41,396 nucleotides of DNA, taken from sequence record SRR20825010_911; one strand, written 5' to 3'. The position numbers were made by a program, and so were the translations under genes. The notes beneath the pieces were generated by a model that was not told where the DNA came from, ran no database searches, and was given only the letters and a program-made list of their open reading frames with translations. This document shows, in pieces, positions 7,151 through 15,718 of the stretch (positions are counted from its first letter, which is position 1; each line of letters opens with the position of its first letter).

Positions 7151-9916
7151 TTAAGTTATTTTATTACTTGTTATATTAATTATATTTCCAGTTGTACTAA
7201 AATTGTGATGTATCCAGCCTGACTCATAAGTAGTTCCGTTAGGTGCCCTATATTTTATAAAGTACCCGAAGAGTACACTTGAAACAATCTCGCTAATAGG
7301 TATTAGCAAAACAGATTCTTTTTCCTTTGACCCGTCTGTAAAATCGAGTTTTGTATATGGCGGTTGGTCTTGGATGCCTACATTGACTTCCAATAAATCC
7401 CCGTTTTCTGGACTACTGAACAAATCAAAACATATTATTTGTTGAAATAAATCTTCTATGTAGGCGTAGTTTTCTGATAGTGCCTGTTGATCAGTTTGTA
7501 TAGAGAAAATTGGTATGTAATCCTTGTGGTCAAGATCATGCCCTAAAATGTATGTTTCACCCGGAGCCACATTTTGCTGAACCGGTATTTCCTCTTCTCC
7601 CCCTTGTTCAATTTTTGCCAATCGATCAACATGAACGATACTTTCCAACTCATTGGTTATGTGAAGAGCTCCAGTAATATGTTCAATTCTTATACCCTCT
7701 CCAGACCAGGGTTGCGCAATAGAATCCAGGGTAACGACCATCTGCGTACTAAATACTTCCTCAGCATCTAGTTTCTTTTTGTAAATTCCTGTAATACCGC
7801 CACGCTCAAGCATTGATTTGCATAGTTGAGCATCCATAATATTGGTTTCCAAGGTGGCATGGATCGAATGTTCGAAGGTGAAGGTATTTGCTTTTTCAAT
7901 TACAGAATTGGATAGGTTCCAATTGATCGATTCTTCCCCGACCAATTCCGTGATATAGGTTATCTGTGCAGGATAGGCGGTAAAGTTGCTTAACCCCCTT
8001 TCTAGTTCTATCCTTTCATAATAGGTTATATTGGGCTGTAATTTTAAATCAACTACGCAACGACTGTCGGCTAAATTTTCTATATCCACCACCCCATGTA
8101 AAAATAGTTCAGGCGCAAATTTCTCTGGTGCCTCCAAACTTCTCGCTATTACATAGCTTTTAGGAACAACCACAAACATTTGTGGCATTACCTGTGATTT
8201 ATAAACCTCATACTTGGCATGATCCAACTCAATTATTTTCCTATAGAGCGGGGTTTTTATAATACCTAATCGCATGGGCTCGCTACAACCAATAGCTATC
8301 TTACTATCGTTTTTAAGTTCTGCAAAATAATCGCCATAAGAGTTACATTGAACCGTCAAATCCAACTTATGGGATATATTAATTGATTGTCTCACATATT
8401 CTTTCTTTTTTAATCGATCAATTGCTGCGGTGTTCCAATTAATATTGGAAACAGCCACCAATGAAGGGATATGAGCGGTAAGTACTGCGTTATTATTTGC
8501 CATAGCAAGAGATGGTTTCGGCAAACTGCGAATGGCTTTTTTTGAACTACTATCCTTTGGGGAGGCAAATCTTTTATTGCTGTTGTTTAATTTATTTAGA
8601 TTGGCCAACTGCACGGAATTGCCTAATTGCAGACCGCTTACCAAATAAGAAACATTGTCTCTTTTTCTTTGCATTGCATTGAAATAATAGCTTAAAATCA
8701 AAGTTGGTCTTGATGCTGGCGGCAATGAAGGTGTTGACAAAGCTCCGTATAGCAATCTGACCCAGTCATTGGAAACAGAAAATTTAAGTTTGACATGGTC
8801 CTTGTCCCTCTCCACTGTTGAGGCTTCCAAATAGGTTTGCTTTTGATTCCCTGCTGCATCCATGTAAGGTAGTTGAATACGATATAAAGGGTTTAAAATA
8901 TTGAGTAAACGGGTTTTCGTCTTTTCCCCTAAGGATGCGACCCAAGTTTTGTTTAAAAATTGCCTAAGGGTCACTACTAAATCTGCTTCCAGTGCGGGAG
9001 ACCCATCAGCCAAAATGCCAATATTTTTAATGGTAAATTGAAATGGTGCCGATTCAAATGACATACCATTGTTGGGTAGCAGTAATTCAAGGTCCGGTTT
9101 TACCCAATAGAGGTCTTTCTGTACATAATCTACCCAATAGTTATCATTCGTGCTATCCACTTTGGGTAGCATTGTTAGAAGGCTTGTATCAAAATAGGGA
9201 AGAATTGAAAATATAGGTCGGTTGAAATTTGGCCGAACCAACGAACTGGATACTAATGAATTGGATATATTGCTAGCTAGGTTAAACCTATCTTTTTTGG
9301 GGCTTGTCAAGTCTTGGTACAAAATAATCTGCTCATAAGCATTGGACTTTTTATTATCCAAGAAGATTTTTGGAGTAAACCTTAAAAGTCGTGTTTCTTC
9401 ATTTCCTATAAAGTAGTACTGAGTAGCTTTATCCAGAACCTGTTTAATTTTAAAAAAAATTGGTTCTTGTGCTGAAAAATCAACACTTTTCTTTTCCCAT
9501 ACATCGTAACATCGAAATTCATAGGAAAAAATAAGATCCTCATTACGAGCGTCATCAGGGTTAATGAATTTTTGGATTAAATCTTTATTGGGAGACAAAT
9601 TAAATTGAATGGTGTTCAACAAACCGCTAACTGCCTTTTCGGCCAACAAACCCTTGGAATCCAGAATTGACATCTTACCAGATTGAACAAAAGGCAATTT
9701 GACTTTACGCGATTCTTTAAAAAGGAACTTGATGACCATCTTGGCCATTACTATATTATCACCTGTAATATTCCCTTGAGAGTCTTGTACAATGATATCC
9801 AATTTACTTGTTGAGCCATCCTTATCAAACGTGAAAGAAAAAGGATATACCTTTCCCACGCCCAAGGACCTTACTACTTGGGTTTTTCTTTTATTTTGTT
9901 TGATATTGAACAACAT
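7151..9916 (-). CDS. Large hypothetical protein (921 aa), divergent internal repeats
   Basis: Long ORF in operon arrangement, 11 nt from the metacaspase start; no family recognised; no signal peptide or TM helix. Confidence 0.85.
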   Translation of the reverse strand: MLFNIKQNKRKTQVVRSLGVGKVYPFSFTFDKDGSTSKLDIIVQDSQGNITGDNIVMAKMVIKFLFKESRKVKLPFVQSGKMSILDSKGLLAEKAVSGLLNTIQFNLSPNKDLIQKFINPDDARNEDLIFSYEFRCYDVWEKKSVDFSAQEPIFFKIKQVLDKATQYYFIGNEETRLLRFTPKIFLDNKKSNAYEQIILYQDLTSPKKDRFNLASNISNSLVSSSLVRPNFNRPIFSILPYFDTSLLTMLPKVDSTNDNYWVDYVQKDLYWVKPDLELLLPNNGMSFESAPFQFTIKNIGILADGSPALEADLVVTLRQFLNKTWVASLGEKTKTRLLNILNPLYRIQLPYMDAAGNQKQTYLEASTVERDKDHVKLKFSVSNDWVRLLYGALSTPSLPPASRPTLILSYYFNAMQRKRDNVSYLVSGLQLGNSVQLANLNKLNNSNKRFASPKDSSSKKAIRSLPKPSLAMANNNAVLTAHIPSLVAVSNINWNTAAIDRLKKKEYVRQSINISHKLDLTVQCNSYGDYFAELKNDSKIAIGCSEPMRLGIIKTPLYRKIIELDHAKYEVYKSQVMPQMFVVVPKSYVIARSLEAPEKFAPELFLHGVVDIENLADSRCVVDLKLQPNITYYERIELERGLSNFTAYPAQITYITELVGEESINWNLSNSVIEKANTFTFEHSIHATLETNIMDAQLCKSMLERGGITGIYKKKLDAEEVFSTQMVVTLDSIAQPWSGEGIRIEHITGALHITNELESIVHVDRLAKIEQGGEEEIPVQQNVAPGETYILGHDLDHKDYIPIFSIQTDQQALSENYAYIEDLFQQIICFDLFSSPENGDLLEVNVGIQDQPPYTKLDFTDGSKEKESVLLIPISEIVSSVLFGYFIKYRAPNGTTYESGWIHHNFSTTGNIINITSNKIT

Positions 9917-9933
9917 TATTTACATTTTATTTA

Positions 9934-9973
9934 TTGCTGGAATCGGTATCCAATGAGGCACCGATCCCAGCAA
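9934..9973 (-). promoter_or_regulatory. Intercistronic stem-loop
   Basis: Minus strand TTGCTGGGATCGGT-12 nt-ACCGATTCCAGCAA is a 14-bp stem with one G-U pair and no U tract, lying between the 770-aa and 921-aa genes. Confidence 0.65.
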
Positions 9974-10012
9974 ATAATTTTTGTTATTTATTAACTATAG
10001 TAAATACACCTT

Positions 10013-12325
10013 CTATTGCGGTGGCATAACAGATGAGCGCTTATTTCTGCTTCTAGGTACTCTTCTAATTGCACCAACTGAGAACATCCCATTTGATTGA
10101 AGTTCCAGTACAGGCTCTTTTTCGGATATAGATCTTGTAGGAGGGAAAGAAACAGGAGGCCTGTAATCCGCCTCTGGCTCCAATCTTTCCGGAATAGTAT
10201 AAGTCCTTGCCACTACTACTCCTTCATCTTCTGGCGTTGGTACCGATACAATTAACGGTCCACTTCCAGCACTCCTTTTCCAAGGTCCTGTCCATTCCAT
10301 ACCTTTGGTGAAGATACTCCCCTGAACCACCACTCTTACTTGGTACTTATAATATGAATGTACCCCCTTGTCCGAGGTAAAGACCGACCAGTATCTGCCT
10401 TCCTGTTGGGTATCAAAATCGAATCTGAACTTTACGGGATCAAATCTGACATTACCTCTGGCATCTTTAATTTCCTCTCCATCCTCATCCGTTGCCTGAA
10501 AGGTAACTTCAACAAATTGCTGTGCATTCTCTAAAAAAACATTCAGGTTAATAGGTCCCACTTTAACCCTACCCGCTTCATCGGCGCGTACCTCCAAAAT
10601 GATGTCATTGCTCAAAGAACCATTTTCACCCGGGTCCAGATCTATCTCGTTATCTTCAATCTGAACCCTTGTATTTGGAAATTCAAATGGATCGGGCGGT
10701 TCCAGCATACTCACTTTACGTTTCACGTAGGTCAAATCAGCTTTCCAGCCGTCAGGTTTGTTTTCCACATGTTCCTCCAACTTTTGGGTAACGGCACATT
10801 CCCATGTCCTATCCGGATTATCTGTCGCTAAAAATGGTGGAATGGAACCTGTCCACATAATATCTCCACTTGTATTGGGGTATCCGATCTGTACACTCAT
10901 ATGGGATATTGGTTCACCTACCCAATTTTGCGCCAACTTTGGCCAGTTACAAACAGGCTTAACGATCCGTGCTAATTTTCGTGGCCAATCATCCAGATAC
11001 AATGTTTGGAAATAATGCGGTTCTTTCTCTGGATGCAATTCCAATTCTTCTGCCATGCCCTCAAGGGAACTACTTATCATATGTTCTTGAATGTATGATA
11101 TCTGACGTGTCTCGTGGTAGTACAAACTAAGGTTCGTAGAATCTCTTCTATATTTTAGAGCAACACCTGCACCTCCCAATCCAAGGAATCCACCACCGCC
11201 TGAAGCTTCCGCAGCCTCGACATCAGGTTGGGGTGGGTCGAAAATTACCGTTTTCGCCTGCTCCATAAATTTCTCAAGTATCATATCGGTGCGTTCGGTA
11301 ATTTGCTCTGCCACTTGCTCGGGGTTAGGAATCATGGCATTGTTAATTTTAACGTCAACGTCTATCGTTCCGTTCATTCGCATATTGTTCAATTCGGCCT
11401 TAACATCCGCTGAAAACCACAAATATCTACCCTTTGCATGCGCAGAGAAATGATCAAATATTCGCTCCCATTGACCCGTTATGGTTATTTCAAAAGCGGG
11501 TATCCAAAATGGCATTTTTATATTCATCGCTACATTTATAGGGGAATATGACCCATGAAATGCCGCCCATAATATACTTGCGGGGTATGATCCCACCAAT
11601 GCTGTAAAGGCGTTTTGCCCCATTGGATCAATACTTCCAGTGCCCGCGCCTTGCATATTCCAATACCAAGGCTCAATGTTCCGGGCAGATTTGGTTCTAC
11701 CATAATTGCGTGCACTAAAGCCCTTGCGACTTATAAATGAAGGAACAGATACTTTTCTATACGCCAAGGGTTTACTGCTTCTTGGGGCCGGACCACCAGG
11801 AATAACAGGTTCTTCAGTAACTGGATCCACAGGCTCAACCACACTCCCATCCTCAGCTGGAGACAGATTGGTTACACTTGTTTGATTATCTATTATCGCC
11901 ACAGGTCTGAAAATGGGAGTGACATTATTTCCTATCCCCCAAAAATAATCCTGTTTCCCTTTAAATTGCCTAATAATCTGACTTTGCGAATCCTCAAGTA
12001 CATGATTCGGAGGTGCGCTATTTACCGTAAAGCCCAACACTCCACCTGCCACCTCCTGGGTACCATCTTCTTCAGTTACTCCTATATTGGCATCGGAAGA
12101 CTGAATTCCAGCAAACCTGATCAGATTAAACATCAAAGGGTTCTCATCTCGTCCATCTTTCCTTGTAAGATGTACATAATTTGGTAGCCAATAAAACACT
12201 GGCGCTATACCAGCTTTTTGTAGCTCATAGTTATTCGCATCCGGATAATAGAGTAGTTCATATCCGTTGGAAACTATAGGTTGTCTGCCTCCCGCTAGGG
12301 TAGGTCCAATTGCGTTCATTGCCAT
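10013..12325 (-). CDS. Large hypothetical protein (770 aa)
   Basis: Long ORF with A-rich upstream region typical of Bacteroidota starts; Pro/acidic then Arg/Lys-rich loop, Gly-rich segment and beta-rich C-terminal domains; no signal peptide. Confidence 0.85.
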   Translation of the reverse strand: MAMNAIGPTLAGGRQPIVSNGYELLYYPDANNYELQKAGIAPVFYWLPNYVHLTRKDGRDENPLMFNLIRFAGIQSSDANIGVTEEDGTQEVAGGVLGFTVNSAPPNHVLEDSQSQIIRQFKGKQDYFWGIGNNVTPIFRPVAIIDNQTSVTNLSPAEDGSVVEPVDPVTEEPVIPGGPAPRSSKPLAYRKVSVPSFISRKGFSARNYGRTKSARNIEPWYWNMQGAGTGSIDPMGQNAFTALVGSYPASILWAAFHGSYSPINVAMNIKMPFWIPAFEITITGQWERIFDHFSAHAKGRYLWFSADVKAELNNMRMNGTIDVDVKINNAMIPNPEQVAEQITERTDMILEKFMEQAKTVIFDPPQPDVEAAEASGGGGFLGLGGAGVALKYRRDSTNLSLYYHETRQISYIQEHMISSSLEGMAEELELHPEKEPHYFQTLYLDDWPRKLARIVKPVCNWPKLAQNWVGEPISHMSVQIGYPNTSGDIMWTGSIPPFLATDNPDRTWECAVTQKLEEHVENKPDGWKADLTYVKRKVSMLEPPDPFEFPNTRVQIEDNEIDLDPGENGSLSNDIILEVRADEAGRVKVGPINLNVFLENAQQFVEVTFQATDEDGEEIKDARGNVRFDPVKFRFDFDTQQEGRYWSVFTSDKGVHSYYKYQVRVVVQGSIFTKGMEWTGPWKRSAGSGPLIVSVPTPEDEGVVVARTYTIPERLEPEADYRPPVSFPPTRSISEKEPVLELQSNGMFSVGAIRRVPRSRNKRSSVMPPQ

Positions 12326-12942
12326 AATTTTAATTTTTAAAGTTGCTAATTAATCCTTTTTGTAATCCTATTGCTCTGCTCCGCACATTTAGGTGCTGCT
12401 ACTTTTACAAGTTATTATTAAACGTATATCATCTATCTTTGGTCAGGTCACCATTGCCATTAATTTGAATATCTCTGCCCATTTTCAACAAAAACGGAAG
12501 AGAAGAAAATAACTACAATGATCGTGAGGTAGCAGGAATCCTCCCTAGTTACCAATGTTTTAGAACTTGGGCCACTATTCTTCCCTAATTCTACAAAACC
12601 ACTATTTCCGAGATATGACAACCCACGTTCCAACTACATCTTTTTTATCGCTTTTCAATACAATAAGGTTTTCATTACGCCTTGTTTCCGTCCCGAAAAT
12701 CTTATAAAACCTGCCCTTGACCCGACATTTCCCCGAACCTACTTTTAGGTATTATATTTTACATTTAATAAAATCTCACTAGGAGTTTTATCAATATTTA
12801 TTATTAAATGAGATAGTTAAACGGTTTATTCCGTAAACTTTTAATTAAGGGAGGAAAAATATGATTACACCTAACTATTTATGTTAGATGCCCTTTGGTC
12901 ACCCGAGTTTTCGGGACATGCACTGAACCAAGCAATATGAGA

Positions 12943-12991
12943 CTAAGATGAGAAACTCTAACCTTTAAAACAATCCCCATAAATGGGGATT
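12943..12991 (-). promoter_or_regulatory. 20-bp palindromic operator overlapping a putative Bacteroidota promoter
   Basis: AATCCCCAT-AA-ATGGGGATT (12972-12991); on the minus strand a TTG (-33, 12971-12973), 20-nt spacer and CATCTTAG (-7-like, 12943-12950). Confidence 0.55.
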
Positions 12992-13035
12992 TTTACAGTA
13001 AGCCGCTAAATATTAACCAAATAAGCCACCTACAA

Positions 13036-13725
13036 TCAAATAAATGCTGCAGCTTTTTTAACCAAATGTGCCGTATTCTTTACTTGAAATTTTTCAATCA
13101 AATTTTTGCGATGTGAGATGGCTGTATGACTGCTTATAAAAAGCATATTCGCTATTTCTTTAGAGGAAAAACCATTGGCTATAAGGCGCAGTACCTCTTG
13201 TTCCCTTGCGGAAATACATCCTAGTTCCTTTTTTGATGTTCCTTGTTCCTCCAAATTGTAAGAAAGCTCAAGGCAATGTTCTATTCGTTCCTTGTCAGAG
13301 ATATCCATCAGGTAATTAAACGCTAACGTCTGCCATTTTGTTCGGTGCAAGAAAATCTCATGCTCAAGGTAGATTTTTTTACCTGTTAAATTCGTAATAT
13401 GATAATACGTGGTAAGAGTTTGTTCCGAATGAAGACTCTCAAATAAACTACGAATTTGAGCCCAAAAAACAGGCACCTCCTCTGCATCTATTCTAGATAG
13501 CCAAAAACCCCAGCCTTCCTCCCATAAATTTTTAGAACATTCTCCAAAACTATTTATTAGATTTCGGTTACAATATAAAAAATTGCCCTTCTCAATCAGG
13601 TAAACAAACACCATCAAATTTTCTGAACGCTCACAAACCTCCAAGATTTTGCAAATTTCATTAGACAGTATTTTCCTACAAAAATCATAAGGATTCAAGC
13701 AGTCCTTAATATTAGTTAAATTCAT
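13036..13725 (-). CDS. LuxR-family transcriptional regulator with N-terminal PAS-like domain
   Basis: C-terminal ISAREQEVLRLIANGFSSKEIANMLFISSHTAISHRKNLIEKF HTH; N-terminal FVYLIEKGNFLYCN...FWLSRI...YHITNLTGKKIYL is PAS-like; no receiver motif. Confidence 0.9.
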   Translation of the reverse strand: MNLTNIKDCLNPYDFCRKILSNEICKILEVCERSENLMVFVYLIEKGNFLYCNRNLINSFGECSKNLWEEGWGFWLSRIDAEEVPVFWAQIRSLFESLHSEQTLTTYYHITNLTGKKIYLEHEIFLHRTKWQTLAFNYLMDISDKERIEHCLELSYNLEEQGTSKKELGCISAREQEVLRLIANGFSSKEIANMLFISSHTAISHRKNLIEKFQVKNTAHLVKKAAAFI

Positions 13726-14275
13726 GATTATGGGGTATTTACATAAAAGATACGATAAAACTAGAAGTAAGTAGTCTAGAACTGTATCGCTGGTAAGAAT
13801 TTATGTACAAATAACATTTTCCACCTAATACAAACGATCCCTCTAGGCCTCATTGGAAATTTAACTTCTTACATAAAGTTAACTTATGCAAGAAGTGTAT
13901 GAAATGAAAAATTGAAATTTACTTATCAAAAACGCCCTAAGGCAGTTATTACAATCTAACACCTTCCACATTGAACCCATTACAGCTCACAAATAATTTA
14001 AATAAGTCCATTATTTGCTCCAGCGAATTTACACACATGTCTCCAAGATTTTTGAACCCATATAATCAAAGCCAAGAGTTACATATTCCATGGGCAAAAA
14101 ATGCACAAGCTCCGAAAACCACAATTTACAAGCCATTTGACCGACAGGTCATAGACCTACCAACTCCAATTCTCAAACCCATTTCCTTAAGACATTATTA
14201 ACAATTAAGATTTTGTTAATACAGTAATACCGCTAAAAAAAGTATTTTAGGGAAAACCTAAATATAACCCTACCA

Positions 14276-15706
14276 TTGCAGACTAAAAGCACTTTCCTAA
14301 GATTAAAAACACAACTCAATCTAATAGGTGTTCAAAAAACCTTTGCATTTTGTTTTTTGATCTTTGTTCTGCTCTTCTTTGGCTGTTCCCCTAAATTTTC
14401 AAATTTAGCGTTACCTATAGATGACTTAAAGGAATTCTCTTATAGTGGCCCAAGTATCTTGGAAGACAAATGGTGGACCGCCTTCAACGATGAGCAACTT
14501 AATATTCTCATCGATTCCGCATTACAGTCCAACTTGGATCTTGCCGCTACATGGCAGCAATTTTTGGCTTCAAGAGCCATAGTAGCGCGTGAAGCCGGGG
14601 ATAAATGGCCGCAAATTGCAGCTAGCGCACAATCGGCCATAAATTTACCTGAACCCGATTTTGTGGGTGGGGAAAATACTCAATTGGGCCTTTCCGCCAA
14701 TTACGAACTAGATTTATGGGGCAGGATACGAAGTTCGGTACAGGCAGAAAAATTTAGGTCCGAAGCCAGTTTGTACGATTACCGAACTGCAGCTATATCC
14801 CTTTCTGCTGAAATTGCAACCACTTGGTACCAATTAATAGCGGCAAAAAAACAACTTCAAATTACAAAAGACCAAATATCTACAAACGAGGATATAATTA
14901 AACTTATAAGAACGAGGTTTGTTGGCGGTCAGATTAGGGCAGTGGACATTCTGAGACAGGCGCAGTTATTGGAAAGTACCAAAGAGCAGCAGATTATTTT
15001 TGAAACCAATGTAGCCCTTTTGGAAAATCAATTGGCGGTATTAATGGGCAAACAGCCTCAAATAAACGTTACTTTTGAAACCACCGATCTACCTACATTG
15101 CCAGAACTACCAGAGGCAGGTATGCCTCTGGAACTCATCAGGCGTAGACCGGACATACAACAATCCTACGCCGTATTGTTAGCAGCCGATAGGGATATGG
15201 CGTCGGCAGTGCGCAGTAAATATCCTAGATTATCAGTAAGTGCCAGGGGACAACTGCGATCCAATAGTTTTCAAAATCTGTTTGACAATTGGGCCTATAC
15301 CTTAGCCGGAAACATATTGGCTCCCTTATTCTATGGCGGACAGCTTAGTGCTGAAGTGGACAGGACCCAGGCCATTAAGCAACAAAGACTTTTGGAATAC
15401 GGACAGACCACTTTGGAGGCCTTTCAAGAGGTGGAAAATGGCTTGATTCAGGAAATAAAACAAAAGCAAAGGGTAGTCAATATTGGCAGACAATTGGAAT
15501 TGGCACAAAAAAGCAACAGGCAACTGCGGGTAGAATTCCTTAACGGATTTAGCCCCTACTTGGATGTACTTATAGGTTTGGATGCCGAACAACAACTCCG
15601 TAGGGATTACATAGTGTCCCAACGGCAATTAATTCTAATACGAATTGCACTGTACAGAGCATTGGCTGGCGGATTTGAAACCGAAAGAGAGATCGACAAT
15701 CAATAG
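14276..15706 (+). CDS. RND efflux outer membrane factor (TolC/OprM/NodT family lipoprotein)
   Basis: LLFFGC lipobox, WWTAFNDEQLN, YELDLWGRIR, LIRRRPDI, AFQEVENGL, LYRALAGG; exact start uncertain. Confidence 0.92.
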   Translation: MQTKSTFLRLKTQLNLIGVQKTFAFCFLIFVLLFFGCSPKFSNLALPIDDLKEFSYSGPSILEDKWWTAFNDEQLNILIDSALQSNLDLAATWQQFLASRAIVAREAGDKWPQIAASAQSAINLPEPDFVGGENTQLGLSANYELDLWGRIRSSVQAEKFRSEASLYDYRTAAISLSAEIATTWYQLIAAKKQLQITKDQISTNEDIIKLIRTRFVGGQIRAVDILRQAQLLESTKEQQIIFETNVALLENQLAVLMGKQPQINVTFETTDLPTLPELPEAGMPLELIRRRPDIQQSYAVLLAADRDMASAVRSKYPRLSVSARGQLRSNSFQNLFDNWAYTLAGNILAPLFYGGQLSAEVDRTQAIKQQRLLEYGQTTLEAFQEVENGLIQEIKQKQRVVNIGRQLELAQKSNRQLRVEFLNGFSPYLDVLIGLDAEQQLRRDYIVSQRQLILIRIALYRALAGGFETEREIDNQ

Positions 15707-15718
15707 AAAATAAAATTT

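Noticed and set aside
10013-12325. Calling the 770-aa protein a gasdermin or CDCL outright
   Set aside because: It is far larger than bacterial gasdermins and lacks the signal peptide and recognisable signature of CDCLs; only a fold-level hypothesis is offered
13971-14201. 76-aa TTG-start ORF between the luxR-type gene and the efflux operon
   Set aside because: No motifs, weak start, and it lies in a divergent promoter region; likely spurious
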